In this document: piece by piece, positions 1-12,431 of the stretch | Layout: each line of letters begins with the position of its first letter | Numbering within the stretch: position 1 is the first letter of the stretch | Assembly: GCA_036785375.1 (NCBI GenBank) | Contig: JAWMAR010000001.1 | Location: forward strand, 26,164,001-26,228,000 | Direction of reading: 5' to 3' | DNA length: 64,000 bases | Source: Leucoraja ocellata | Lineage: Eukaryota | Notes under the pieces: generated by a model | Database searches by the model: none | Told to the model about the DNA's origin: nothing | The model's input: only the letters and a program-made list of their open reading frames with translations | Position numbers and translations under genes: made by a program

Positions 1-544
1 GGAGCAATCCTTGATACAAAAAAGCCGGACCTGACCAAGGACATCCTGCATCTGTCATGTAGCACTACTGATCATGGTAAATGAGTACTTCAGAATAGAT
101 CCAGCAGCTCCAAATCAGCCAACCATGAGATATTGTGAGCTGTCAGTAGCAGCACAATTGTATTCAACTGCAATCTATAATATTTGTGATCTGCTACATC
201 CGCCATGAATATGCATAAGGAGTGTAAAAAAGCATGCTGCAGCACCGCCAACTGTATATATTTTTAAAAAGCTGTCAACTCTTTAATACTTCAAATTCAT
301 AAGAACTGCATGCTAAACAAAAACAGTGATAGATAAACCCAAGTAATTCCACAATCAAATGACCAGATTAAAAGTCTACAAGCCACTCAAGTTGTGTAAA
401 GTTGGGGCACAGCTAAATTTGCAGTGAGGAAAAGGTTCCACTATCATTCGATTCAGTCATAGAATCATACAGTGTGAAAACAGGCCATTCAGTCCAACTT
501 GCCCATGCTGACCAAGATGCCCCATCTACTCAAGAGTGCAACCT

Positions 545-830
545 CTGAGTACAGAGTGGCACAGCTAGTAGGGCACAGGCCCAGCAACCTGGGTTCAATC
601 TGATTTCCAGTACTTCTGGTAACCGCATGGATATCCTCCTACATCCTGAAGATAGGGGATAGTAGCTTAATTGGCCACTGATAATTTCCATTGAATGGTA
701 GAATCTAGGGAGAGTTACATTGAATATGGGGAAAATAAAGTAATTTAAGAGAAAAATACTATAAATGCGTGTTTGGATGGTTGACAATGATTTTGTGGGC
801 TGGCAGACGTGTTTCCCTGATGCTTGGTAC
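545..830 (+). mobile_element. tRNA-derived SINE (HE1/V-SINE-like), decayed
   Basis: Head gtggcacagctagtaggg...cctgggttcaatcc, core ttaattggccactgataattt, CR1-like tail tgggctggcagac...tttccctgatgc. Confidence 0.55.
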
Positions 831-1979
831 ATAACACGCCTCGCTTTATACTATTAAGGACAAAACAGCTCACTTGATTGTCATCCTATCCACCACCAAG
901 AACATGTAATTCTTCTACTATTGGCAAACAATGAATGCACTGTATACATCTATAAAGTGCCATGTAGACAATTGCTTGGTGGCTTTGACGGCACCTCTCA
1001 AATTTGACATTGCTCATTAAGAAGGGCAAGGAAGAAGGCATGTAGGAAAATGTTCTCCAACTTCCTCACTGAGTGGCACATCATCCTGAATTAAAAATAT
1101 ATCACCATTCGTTTTTTACAGTCTCAATTCTGAAACAGTTTAATCAACGATGCTTAGGCTGTTCCTTCACCCCAACAGGACAACAGCAGTTCCAGGATGC
1201 AGCATTTTATTAGGTTCTCAAGGGCTGTTAGAGATAGACAACAAATGTAGGCTTACCAGTGATGTTCTGTTTTCAGTAAATGAAGGAGGGAATGCTCGGC
1301 TATCAAAAATCCATTCTTACATTAAAAATAATTAGTTGAAATAGCATATATCTTATTTGTTGCAATGGCTAGAAGATGGCCCCATAAACTGGGATAGGAA
1401 GACATTTTACTCTTGGTTATGATTCTTTAGAATTCTTTGCTTTGGAGACCAGTGGGTGCTTGGCCATTGATCTCAGGCATGTCTATAATCATTGTGGATT
1501 TATACACTGAAGGAGTTAAAGCTTATGAGAATAAGAATTTAAGGAGGTAAATCCGCTTAATCTGATTGAAAGATGGAGCAGGTTTACTAATTGTCTTACG
1601 ATATGATACAACTTTATTCATCCCCGGAGAGAAATTGGTCTGCCAACAGTCACAACACACAACAAGGTACACGAAAACTTGAATTTAAAATTAAATTAAA
1701 AGTGCGGAAAAAAAAGAAAGAAAAAGACAAGCTGCCGTGTCTTAACGGGAACGAACGAACGAACAAACAAATGCAGAGTTATCCCCTGGGCAGAGGATTC
1801 TAAAACTAGACTGCCCTCCCTCCCCTTTTAAAATTTCTATCTTGAGTGACCTGGTTTTGATTATTTTTCTTTGTTGTCCTAGACTCAAAACTAATGGACA
1901 GAGTTTTTATTTATTAAGTGTTAGTATTTCAGGGAATATAATATTAATGTAATATCTGATCAGAATCTAACCCCTAAAG

Positions 1980-3014
1980 TAGGTATGTTGCAAAACATAC
2001 CTGAAGGTCGCTGAAAATCTGTCCCAGCCCGTGTGCGCGATTTTGGCGCCGTTTAGAGGGGGGCGGGTTTAAAACGCGATTTTCCCTAGGCTGTTCAAAT
2101 CGAGGTTTTTCAGCCTAGTTAATTATTAACGAAAAATCGCTGGAAGATTCCCTCGCTTGAGCTATTATTCATTTTAAGGGCTTTATTTAATTGTTATAGT
2201 AGGTTAAAAATTATTCTCTAAACCCGCGACCGCCGACAATGGGCCGGATCGCATACAGGGGAAAACGGAAGGTAGGCTGTTTATTTTTACGTTAAATAGG
2301 ACTTCTTAAGATCCCTTTATACAAAGTTTAATGTTGCGAGTAGCTAATTTGGGGCCCATTATATCCCGCAGTATTTTTCTGGGCATTTGAGGGCACAAAT
2401 CTACTGCAATGTGAATGTTCTAAACCAGCGCGTTCACAGGATCCCACTGGAAAGCTGATTTAAATGGACATTAATTTACCGCAATTGAACACTAAATTCC
2501 TTCCATTTGCCTATAAATTAATGTAAATGAGATTTAAAAATCATGTTTTATTGTGAATTATTTGTGAATATTATTTGGACACTTAGGCTATTTAAAAATG
2601 TTAATCATTTATTAAGGAATGGATAGATGTTTAGATCTAGTAATTGAAGTTTGGAATTAGCTACAATTAGGTAACTAATTATATGCTTTAATTTCAGGTC
2701 ATCCAAGTAAGATTATTTTATATTTGTTTCAGAATGCTTCAATCTATGATAACTGAAAATTTCATTCAGTTCTCTTAATTTTTAAGAAAGCTATGGGCTT
2801 TTGACTGTCCACGATCACAGCTGTTTTGTTATGTCCATAGAAAATCAATAGGGAACAAGATGCTAATTTCCGAGTATGAAAATGGCCATAACTTTTTAAA
2901 TACTTGAGATATGAAAGTGAATTAGGTGTCAAATTAAACTTATTTTTATGCTTTATCTGATGGGATAAATTGCAGACTTGATTTTTAAAATCTCAAAATT
3001 TTGTAACATTGCTA
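1980..3014. mobile_element. Non-autonomous DNA transposon (about 1035 bp) with imperfect 16-bp TIRs and a 7-bp TSD
   Basis: Left end TAGGTATGTTGCAAAA versus reverse complement of the right end TAGCAATGTTACAAAA (13/16). Flanked by cctaaag at 1973-1979 and 3015-3021. CpG-rich left part, no ORF. Confidence 0.75.
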
Positions 3015-3714
3015 CCTAAAGCTCTGGTGACATTCTGATGAATCTTATACACACTTAAAAGATCATTGCATTCAAGGTGTGATGCCCAGAACTAGGCAGA
3101 CTATCAGTGATATGATTGAACCAGGGAATATATAACTGTAGAAAAAGTAACTCAAGTTTATTTTCTAGCCTTTTATATTTAGTGATTAGCCTTTCTGATT
3201 TTTTTCTTATTCCATATTATTATACTTGTAATGCATGGACTCTGAAATCACTTTGGAATTCCACTGTGCCTTGTTTTTCACTAAACGAAGAGGAATTTAT
3301 TGATGCAAAATGAATAACTTGCCTGCATTGAAATGCCTCTGCCAGAGTCTTGGCCTCTTCACTGGATCTGTTTATTCCTGTCATTTTATGCTGCCATCTA
3401 TAACATTTATAATGCCTTAAGATTTTGTGTAATTGCTGACTTGTTCATGCTGCACTTCAGTAAATTATGTAATCAATAAATATAGTTTATTGATATGGGT
3501 CCTTGTCGGGCATCTTAATTTTCAAAGTCTATTCCATACCCACTCAACAAACTCCATGCTTCAAGACCTAACCAATCTCCTAACCTGCACGGTTGTTTGC
3601 CCTCATTCATAAACTAACATTCTTATGAAAACCTTTATGGATAGACTTTAGGAATCCATACAGACTATGTCCATTGACTATCTCTGGCTATTTGACTGTT
3701 TTTGGGGGGTTTTT

Positions 3715-4865
3715 TTGAGTGGTGGCGCCATTGAGTGTGGCTGCCTCGCCTGCAGCTGTCTGTCCTCTCATCCTTTTTGTTATTTTTAGTCTGTTTTAAA
3801 GTTTGTTTTTGTGGTCTTTTTTATGTGGGAGGAGGGGGAAACCGTTTATCTTAAGTCACTTCCTGGTCGAGGATGCGTCTATCCTCCGAGCCACATCTTC
3901 GCCCCATCATCGCGGCCGGAGTCCGGCCAGAGCTTCGGCTTCAGCTGCGGCACAGCACGGGATTCTATCGCGGAGCGCGCCATGCCTTGCTGGGAATCGC
4001 CGTGTTGGAGCTCCGGAGTGCTGTGACTGCCGACTTGAACACCATGGAGCTGTGGTTTGTGGAGTTTCCAGCCACGGGCGGCGGGAGCTTCCAGCCACTG
4101 GCGGTGCTGACTTTTCTAGCCGCTGGCGGCACTGACTTTAACATCGCGGAGCCTGGGATCTCTCGCCGAGGTCGCTAGCGTTGAATCACAGTTTAAGGAT
4201 AAGGGGGAAATCTTTTAAGGACCGAGATGAGGAAAACATTTTTCACACAGAGAGTGGTGAATCTGGCATTCTCTGTTAAAGTCAGTGCCACCAGCGGCTA
4301 GAAAAGTCAGCACCGCCAGTGGAGGAGGCCAGTTCGTTGGCTGTATTTAAGAGGGAGTTAGATATGGCCGTTGTGGCTAAAAGGATCAGGGGGTATGGAG
4401 AGAAGGCAGGTACAGGATACTGAGTTGGATGATCAGCCATGATCATATTGAATGGCGGTGCAGGCTCGAAGGGCCGAATGGCCTACTCCTGCACCTATTT
4501 TCTATGTTTCTATCTCTGCCCAGCTCGGACTGTGGACTTCAGGAGCCGCGGTCTCCGGTAGGAAGCGGCTGATTCAGAGGCTCCAGGCTGCTGAGAGTGT
4601 TCTTCCGTTCGAGGGCCTGAAAACATCGGGCCGGCGTAGCGGTGACTGCGAAGGCCTCAATAGGCCCCGACCACGGGTGAACAGAGGACGAGACTGAACT
4701 TTGGTGCCTTCCCATACAATGGGAAATGCTGATTCTGCCGTGGGGGAGGTGTTTTTTATGTTTTATGTTAAATTCTAAAGTGTGGTGTTTATCTTATTTG
4801 TGTGCTGCATGTTAACTCAAATTTCACTGCACCATTTAGTGTATGTGACAATAAATGTCCTTTGT
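3715..4865 (+). mobile_element. GC-rich retroelement-derived repeat interrupted by a CR1 fragment
   Basis: CpG-rich body ending in a LINE-like 3' tail (aatttcactgcacc...atgtgacaataaa). It accounts for the overlapping spurious ORFs at 3803-4697. Family not identified. Confidence 0.5.
4186..4513 (+). mobile_element. CR1 (HER1-like) LINE 3' end, nested insertion
   Basis: tcacagtttaaggataaggggg...ttttcacacagagagtggtgaat...gggccgaatggcctactcctgcacctattttctatgtttctat, similar to 16130-16397. Confidence 0.8.
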
Positions 4866-5053
4866 TTTGCTTTAATAAAAATCAGTTTTATTTGACGTAA
4901 CCTCTTGATTTCCATTAACTCAAATGCTTAATCATTTTTTTTCCTTATGGGTTCTAAAAACCTCCCATGCCAAATGTTGGTCCAAAATAACATGTGCTCA
5001 CTGTCAATTATGTCTCTATGTTCCAATGAAGCAATTAAAAGGTTTTGTATTTA

Positions 5054-5352
5054 AAGTCAAGTCAAGTTTATTCGTCACATACACATACGAGATGTGCAGT
5101 GAAATGTAAAGTGGCAATGCTCGTGGACTTTGTGCAAAAAGACAAACAAACAAACAACCAAACAAACTATAAACACAATCATAAACACACACATATTCTT
5201 TTACATATTAAATATTGTGGGCGGAAGGAAAAACGTTCAGTAAAGTTAGTCCCTGGTGAGATAGGAATTTACAGTCCGAATGGCCTCTGGGAAGAAACTC
5301 CTTCTCAACCTCTCGGTTCTCACAGCATGGCAATGGAGGAGTTTGCCTGACT
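5054..5352 (-). mobile_element. LINE 3' end (Rex1/Babar-like) in reverse orientation
   Basis: aagtcaagtcaagtttattcgtcaca... is a reverse-complemented polyA signal plus short repeat tail like that at 58800-58830. Confidence 0.5.
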
Positions 5353-6249
5353 AAAGGTACTAAATTAATGAAAAATTATTTGTGTTCAACGGCGCCTATT
5401 CCTTCGCTCCATTGATGCTGTCTCACCCACTGAGTTTCTCCAGATTTTTTTAATCTACCTTGCCTTCAATGCAGAATCACCTGTGGAAGCAACAGTGGTT
5501 AAATGAGTGCCTTGCACTTTCTCGCCTTGCCTCTTGGTGAGGTGTTACTGGGGGCTGGGATTTCGGAATTCACATGCTAATGAGTATAAGCATCAGGAAG
5601 AGAAAGTTGCAAAACCTGCTTCTCTATTTTGCAGATTCAGAAGTGATTAATCAATGGGTCATAAATGTAGAACATGTGCAAAGTAAATGTGTTCTTTGTC
5701 TTATGAGCAATCAGAAATAAACTGCCCTGGGCGTCAGCTGTCCCTCCCCCCATCTTCTCCATGCAACCCCCCACCATATGGATGTGAGAATATTATACTA
5801 TTTTCCTTTAGAGGCACTTCAATGCAATTGGGAGTTTAGATATTGGATCTAAGAATCAGTATCTTTTTTAACCATTTAAAACCGTCCATTGTATGTAAGT
5901 GGGTATCAATGAGGTGCTTTGGAGAGCTGCTCTTTGAGTACTTTTTAATGAATTGCATTTGGAAATGGTTTGTGATTTCGCCTCAGTATATTGGTCCACT
6001 AAATTGTTTGCCATCAAGCCTTTAAAAAGTAAATGGAAGATACCATTTAGGTGTCGAAAAAAGGCAAAGTAATCAGATATTCATATTTGTGGGGAGATTT
6101 TCAGGGAACAGCTTTGTCATATGCCTTTGAAGTACTTCAGGTTGTTATAAACCTTTTAACATTTTTGAGAACGGAAAAACTTAGTGCTCCTAAATGAAGA
6201 AAGGAAATGTATTTTTTTCCATAAGGTTGGTAAGAAGTTAAATCTTAAC

Positions 6250-6614
6250 ATATCTGGGCTTGGCATAATAAGCGGCTGCGTGGAGAAATGTCGTCTTAAT
6301 TCACCTCGGGGAGTGCTGGGAGAGTGCAGACATTGGGCTGGCTTTCCTGCTTTTTCTTTCTGTGAGGATCAGGTATCAGGTTCGGAGACTGGGGGTGGGG
6401 GGTGGTGGGGGTGTGGAATGGTTGGTGGGGGTGTGGCTAGTTGTGATTAATAGCCCATGGCATGCAAGGCGGAGCCCGCACGAGCCATCTGGCCAAGATC
6501 TGGGAGTTGCTGTGGGGAAGATAACAGGAGAGGAAAGAGAGGGGCCAATCTGTGCAATCTGTGTCTCAAAGTCAAGCTAAATCAGAAATTGCTCACATTT
6601 GATTTGCTTGGTTT
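6250..6614 (+). promoter_or_regulatory. Probable promoter/5'UTR of the MERKTMVSQ first exon
   Basis: Locally GC-richer, repeat-free sequence directly upstream of the ATG, with G-tracts at 6391-6431 and a CCAAT box (ggccaatc) near 6543. The TSS cannot be determined. Confidence 0.5.
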
Positions 6615-6641
6615 ATGGAGAGAAAGACGATGGTTTCACAG
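6615..6641 (+). CDS. RBFOX2: RBFOX2 alternative first coding exon (MERKTMVSQ)
   Basis: ATG GAG AGA AAG ACG ATG GTT TCA CAG|gtatac. It resembles the mammalian RBFOX2 N-terminus MEKKKMVTQ, and its phase-0 donor matches the phase-0 acceptor at 30635. Confidence 0.85.
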
Positions 6642-7465
6642 GTATACCTCAGTATTTTTAGCTGTTGTCTCTAAATGTTTGCGGAAAGTGTGAGTTCAAC
6701 CATGTGCCTGTGCCGTGCAGTTTTATTTGTACAGAATGAATCATTGCTTCTATTGTCTGCCGAGCTCTCTGCTTTCTGTTGGTTATCAGGGAGACTGCTT
6801 GCATTACTTGTGTTTTCCATATTCACGGGCATAAAGACTTGTAAAATGCATCAGAAAATCAAATTGCTTTAAAAAATATATATAAACCAGTTCCTGTGAC
6901 CATGTCACTGAAAACTGAATTCAGTTGAATTAACTAAATTGACCGGTGAAGTAAAAATGTACAGATGTTCTTGTCCTGTGTAAAAAAAAAAGGAGGTTTG
7001 GACGTCTATTTATTTAAAGAACCCTTTCTCCTTGCTGTATACTGCAGTAATCGAGACAAAGCACAGGATATTTAACCCTATGCATGCTGAACTTGCTTCT
7101 CATTTTAGTACGTGTATGCTATTTTGTGCTTTTCCAGCAGTTCTGTTAAATAGAGATGTAGGGAGCCATAATCAACCAAAAACAGCTTTTCAGTCTGAAT
7201 CATTTTCACTGACCTACAATCAAATAATTTTAAGATTGTTGGCAGCTCCCATCTTCACATCCATATTTTAGGGTTATAAATTATTGTGGTCATTGTGGTG
7301 ACTGAAACATGTGTACGGTTGTGTTGGTTCAGTAATTTATTTGATTTTCTTTTTAACTTAATTTACCTATCTAATAACTGGATTTAAATTTGAGCAAGTG
7401 GGTGTAGGCCTTCTCCTGATCTTTAGCAAACAAAAGGAATCAGCTATGGAATTAAATATATTAAA

Positions 7466-7484
7466 TATATATATATATATATAT
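7466..7484. repeat. (TA)n microsatellite
   Basis: atatatatat... read directly. Confidence 0.9.
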
Positions 7485-9022
7485 AAATAGGATATAATTA
7501 TGCATGATATTTTAGACTAAAGCTATTAACATCTTTCAACATAGATTTAATTTTACATAGTTTCATTATTTTTGGCGAATGCTGCATGTGGGTGGTTTTC
7601 TTGTACTTCTGCGGAGAATACCACACACCTAATGTTATTATATCAATTACACAAAGAAGCAGCAATGGCTTTTGCAGTCTGGGGAATGTGGTTTAGAACA
7701 TATTTTGTACGGTGATGTAGAAAGTGCCTGCAGATTGTAGGTTCTTAATGGAAGCAAGCAGAATTTGCGACAGAATTGTGCTGTCTCTGCAAACAGTACC
7801 TCTGCCTCGAGTTATGTAGTAATTTTTGCATTCTATATGAAAGAAAGAGGTGATAATTTGAGGTTGTTGGCTTTCTGATGAATATTTTTGAAATGAATGC
7901 CATCCACTTTGATCGCCTTCATTCCAATGCTCCTATTTTATGTAATTTCTAATTCCTATCTCACCGGTAATATTCTACTGATAGTTTGAATTGACGAAAG
8001 CACTAACTGAATTTCAACTGACACAAGATGACGCTTAATTTAGACCTTAAAGCACTGAGTTTCCTTAAAAAGATTTGTGTAAACTATGAAACCTCTGTAA
8101 ATATAGAAACTGCATTTAATTGCATCTATATCATTATATACCCCACTTTGGAATTTCCAAATATCGGCCTTAAGATTGATAGGGAAAGCAAAAAAAATTG
8201 CTACAGTTTTCACTCCTGATCATTTTCAGCATTCCATGCTGGAAATGTATGTGTACTTCAATTGAGTAAGGCACTTGTGTCTCTCTGCAGTTAAACAGCC
8301 TGCGGATGTCTTTCTGGGCTCACACAGGAAAGATGGATATTTAGAAATGTTAAAGATTGTTGATACATGAGAAGTTAAACCATTGCAAAATATTACCTTT
8401 CCAAACAAGAGTAAACTAGAAGGAAGATTACTTATAAGGGATACATTTCATTGTTATTGAAGCAGCATTTTTGTGAATTCAGAACAAACATTTTTTGATT
8501 TATTTAAGTCTGAACAATTCTTGCCTCATGGTATGCTCGATGACCAAAATATGCTTATATTAAAATAATTTGTTAATTTAAGAACTTTTAAAATTATGTA
8601 ATTGGAAATTAATGATTAAGGATGATTGGCTTGGTTGCTGCAGGTTATCTACGTGAAATTTGGCATAATTAGTCAGGTGAAAACATTCTTTGGATGTTGC
8701 ATGGTCAATAGATGCTTCTGTGCTTTTGTCTAATTTACAAATACATTGAATGAAGGATCAACAAATATAATACTTGTCGATAGTTGAATATTTGTTGGGC
8801 AGTCAATTCAATTCAAATTCACATTGTCCTCTAGCATTTCCTAGTGAGTTGCTCAATACAGGAATAGTCAGTCACCAAGTGTTACTGAGGTGGCAAAATT
8901 ATTACCCCAGAAGACTAATCCTGCAGCATTATAGATCTTATAGTGCTTTAAATAAAAGGAAAAACAAAATGTTGCAACTATCGGATCAGGGAGTATCTAC
9001 AGAACATAGCATATGAACATAA

Positions 9023-9215
9023 GATAGACACATAAAGCTGAAGTAACTCAGCGGGTCACCCAGCATCTCTGGAGCGAAGGAATAGGTGAGTCCCTTCTTC
9101 TCGACCTGAAATGTCACCTCTTCCTTTGCTCCACATATGCTGTCTGACTCGCTGAGTTACTCCAGCTTTTTGTGTCTATCTTCGATTTAAACCAGCATCT
9201 GCAGCCCCTTCCTAC
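9023..9215. mobile_element. Penelope-like terminal-repeat fold-back (head-to-head copies)
   Basis: atagacacataaagctgaagtaactcagcggg... is inverted with ...cgctgagttactccagctttttgtgtctat. Confidence 0.7.
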
Positions 9216-9999
9216 TCGTATGAACATAATATATAGCAGAGTTGGGATACTTGTGCCTGTCCCACATTCATTATGGCTGATATTTTATCACAGTGCCACT
9301 TTACCACACCAACCATATATCCCATGATTCTCTTCGTGTTTAAAATACAGCTGATCTTTGAATATACTCTGTACTCTTGGGTATTGAATTCTAAAGATCC
9401 ATCGCACTCTGAGTAAAATTATTTATTATCACAAAGGGTCCTAAATGGCTAAATTCTTGTTTTCAGGCTGATTCTAACACTCTAGCCAAGGGAAACATTA
9501 ACTCCACATCTATCCGCTGAAACCCATTATAGTCATAGAGAGATACAGCAAAGAAATGAGCCTTTCTGTCCACTGAGCCTGTGTTGCCATGAAGCACCCA
9601 TTTTTACACACAATGCTGAGTGTCCCGGGTCCCGCTGAGCTACTCCAGCATTTTGTGTCGTATCTTCGGTGTAAACCAGCATCTGCAGTTCCTACCTACC
9701 CATTTTTTACACCCTGCCCTAACCCATTTTACTCTCCTCATATTCTCCAGATGACATGATTCGTCTAAATATTAGGGCCAATTTACAGTGCTCATTACCA
9801 TAGCAATCAATATTTTTTTGTGTGGTTGGAAGATGCCAGAAGGAAACCCATGCAGTCACAGGGAGAAGATGCAAATGCTACGCAGACTGTATCAGAGGTC
9901 AGGATTTAACCCTTGGTCACTGTGACGATCACCAGAATTTATTTATGTTTCAATTTAATTATCACTCGTTATCCTGAACGTGGAAATATAGACCCACTC

Positions 10000-11800
10000 T
10001 CACTAAGTATTTCTTATACAGAAAGCTCAACATCCCAGCAATCAGTTTGGCGCATCTTCACTTTGTTTTTTCTATCCTTCGTCAGGTAGAGATTAGACCT
10101 GCGCACACTGTTCTCACCAGAACTCTATTTAGTACTTGAGGAAATCGCCTTGAAAATAAAGGCCAAGTTGCCTAACAAATTGTTTGCTATAACTGTATGT
10201 TGATTTTCACTGATGTGTATACAAGGTTCTCCAGGTTTTTGTGAATACATACACCTATCGGTTTCTCATAATTAAAATAAAACAACTTTTTTTATTTTAA
10301 ACACTAACGAATGACCTCAGATTTTTCCACATTACATTACCATGTCCATGCCTATTCTTAAATCTCTAGGGTGCCTCTGTGCATTCTTGTCAAGGGCAAT
10401 GCTGACACCTAGTTTTATGTTGTCAGCAAAGTTGGATACATTGTACTTGATTCTCCCATCTGTATCATTGAAATAGTTTGTGAACAGCTAGGATCATCAC
10501 AATGATTCGAGTGACAACCCACTAATCATGTCCTCCCAACTCAAATGTATGTTCCAAAGTTGTTTTCTCTCCATTAACAAATCATCAATCTGTCATTTAC
10601 AACTTATCACTGTGCAGTTTAATTTTGTTTAACCATTCTTACTTGTTACCTTATCGAAAGACTGTTGAAAATCCAGATACACAACATTAACTAATTCGCT
10701 CTTTTCTCTACTGCTTATTAAAGCCAAAACAAAACCTCAAATCTTACAAAAAATATTTCCCTTTCGTAAATCCATGTTAGTTCTATATAATCCTATTATT
10801 ATCAAATTTCCCATTGCCACACCTAATAATAAATTACAACATTTACCCGCCAGCTTTTGTCAAACTACATTCTGTATAATTCCAGGTTAATTTTCCTCTC
10901 CTGTTCTAAAATAATAGGGGTCTGTTTGCTACCTTCAAATCTGAGCCGTTGTGTTAGCATTCATGGCTGTACCAGTTATCATCTTCCATTTCCGTAGCTA
11001 TCTTGCCCAAAGCCATTGGATGCAGTTTGTCAGGTCCAGGGAATTTACTGTCCTTCAGTTCCATCAGTACAAAACAAAAGAACAAATTAAGATTAATTTC
11101 TTTGAACTTTATTCATTGTGGACCTTTTAATTCATTATTATTTTCTCTGTCTTCTGTGAAGATGGTCACAAAATATTTGTTTATTTTCTCTTCTACTTTT
11201 TGATTCTCTAATAAGCTCTTAACTTTGTCACTAAGGGACTTTCATTGCCTTTGGCAAAATTTCCTTTTTACATATCAGTAAAACCTCTTACAATATGTTT
11301 TTCTGTTACACTCTAATCTACTCTTGTATTCTTTCCTTTCTTGATCAATGCCTTGGCCACTTTGCTGAATTCTCAAATGTTCCCAGTCTTCAAATTTACT
11401 GATACTTTGCAACGTTATGGGCTCTTCTCTTTTGATATTTTAATATCTTTCCTTTCTGTTATCCATGCATGGACTACTTTTCCTATTTCTTTGCCTTAAA
11501 TATATGTAACTTGTAAGCTATGCATTAATTCCTTAAATATTAGACATTGTTTGTTTACAGTCATACATTTTAATAGATTCCCAATTTGCCATCGCCAATG
11601 CACACCTCATGCCTACTTTGGCTTTATTCAGATTGAAGACTTCAATTTCAGACTGAAGTAAACTACTTTCAATTTTTATTTACAAATTTCATATTAGTAT
11701 CACTGTCCTCTAAATGACCTCTTAATTATAATATTGTCAGTCAATCCTTTGTCATTACACAATAATAAATCATAATTAGCCTATGGTCTTGGCTCCTCAA
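10000..11800 (-). mobile_element. Old, highly decayed CR1-like LINE remnant
   Basis: Reverse-strand traces of RT motifs (tgtcagcaaagtt reads as FAD on the - strand; aaatccagatac; aaatccatgttag). No intact ORF. Confidence 0.4.
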
Positions 11801-12285
11801 CATACCAATCCAATAAAACATTGTAAAAACTATATGGATTTAATTTTTCTTCCATGCCATTATGGCTTATTTGGTTTGCTGATTTTGTGATTTATATTTT
11901 ACCGCCACTGTTTGGGATGGGGAAGGGGGTATTATATATAACTCCCACATGTTTTTCTATTACTTTCTTTTTTCTCAGTTCCACCAAATCTCCATCAGGA
12001 CTTCTTATTCCATTTCTGTTTTTCCTTTTTGTTAAAAAAACAAAATATTTGATTTTTTTTGTTCCCAATCTTTCTTATTTTGTGTCTGGAATGTCTTTAA
12101 GATCATACCCATTAATTTCTATTTGTGCCATTAATTGAGTTAATGGCTGCCAATGCTGTGTGTATTCAGGTAAAGAGCTTTCATTTTTTAAATGTTTTGC
12201 CATTCTTCCTCCCCACCACCCCACTGATGCTAATTTGCATTATGCTCTGTTTTGTACACTGCTTCTTCCTGACAGAGTGTTCGGC

Positions 12286-12385
12286 TCCCCTTTTCCTTCC
12301 TTCTCCCCCCTCCCCTTTTCCTTCCTTCTCCCACCTCCCCTTTTCCTTCCTTCTCCCACCTCCCCTTTTCCTTCCTTCTCCCCCC
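12286..12385 (+). repeat. 25-bp pyrimidine minisatellite, 4 copies (tccccttttccttccttctccc[a/c]cc)
   Basis: Four tandem near-identical units read directly. Confidence 0.85.
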
Positions 12386-12403
12386 CCCCACCCCCCCATC
12401 AGT

Positions 12404-12431
12404 CTGAAGAAGGGTTTCGGCCTGAAACGTC
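12404..12431 (+). ncRNA. Minimal hammerhead ribozyme motif
   Basis: CUGAAGA-A-GGGU(UUCG)GCCU-GAAA-CGUC; stem II is retained through G-U pairs. Confidence 0.55.

Noticed and set aside
3803-4697. Several overlapping GC-rich ORFs
   Set aside because: They arise from a GC-rich repeat with few stop codons; no coherent protein.
12286-12385. CRISPR-like array
   Set aside because: Tandem units with no spacers, in eukaryotic DNA.
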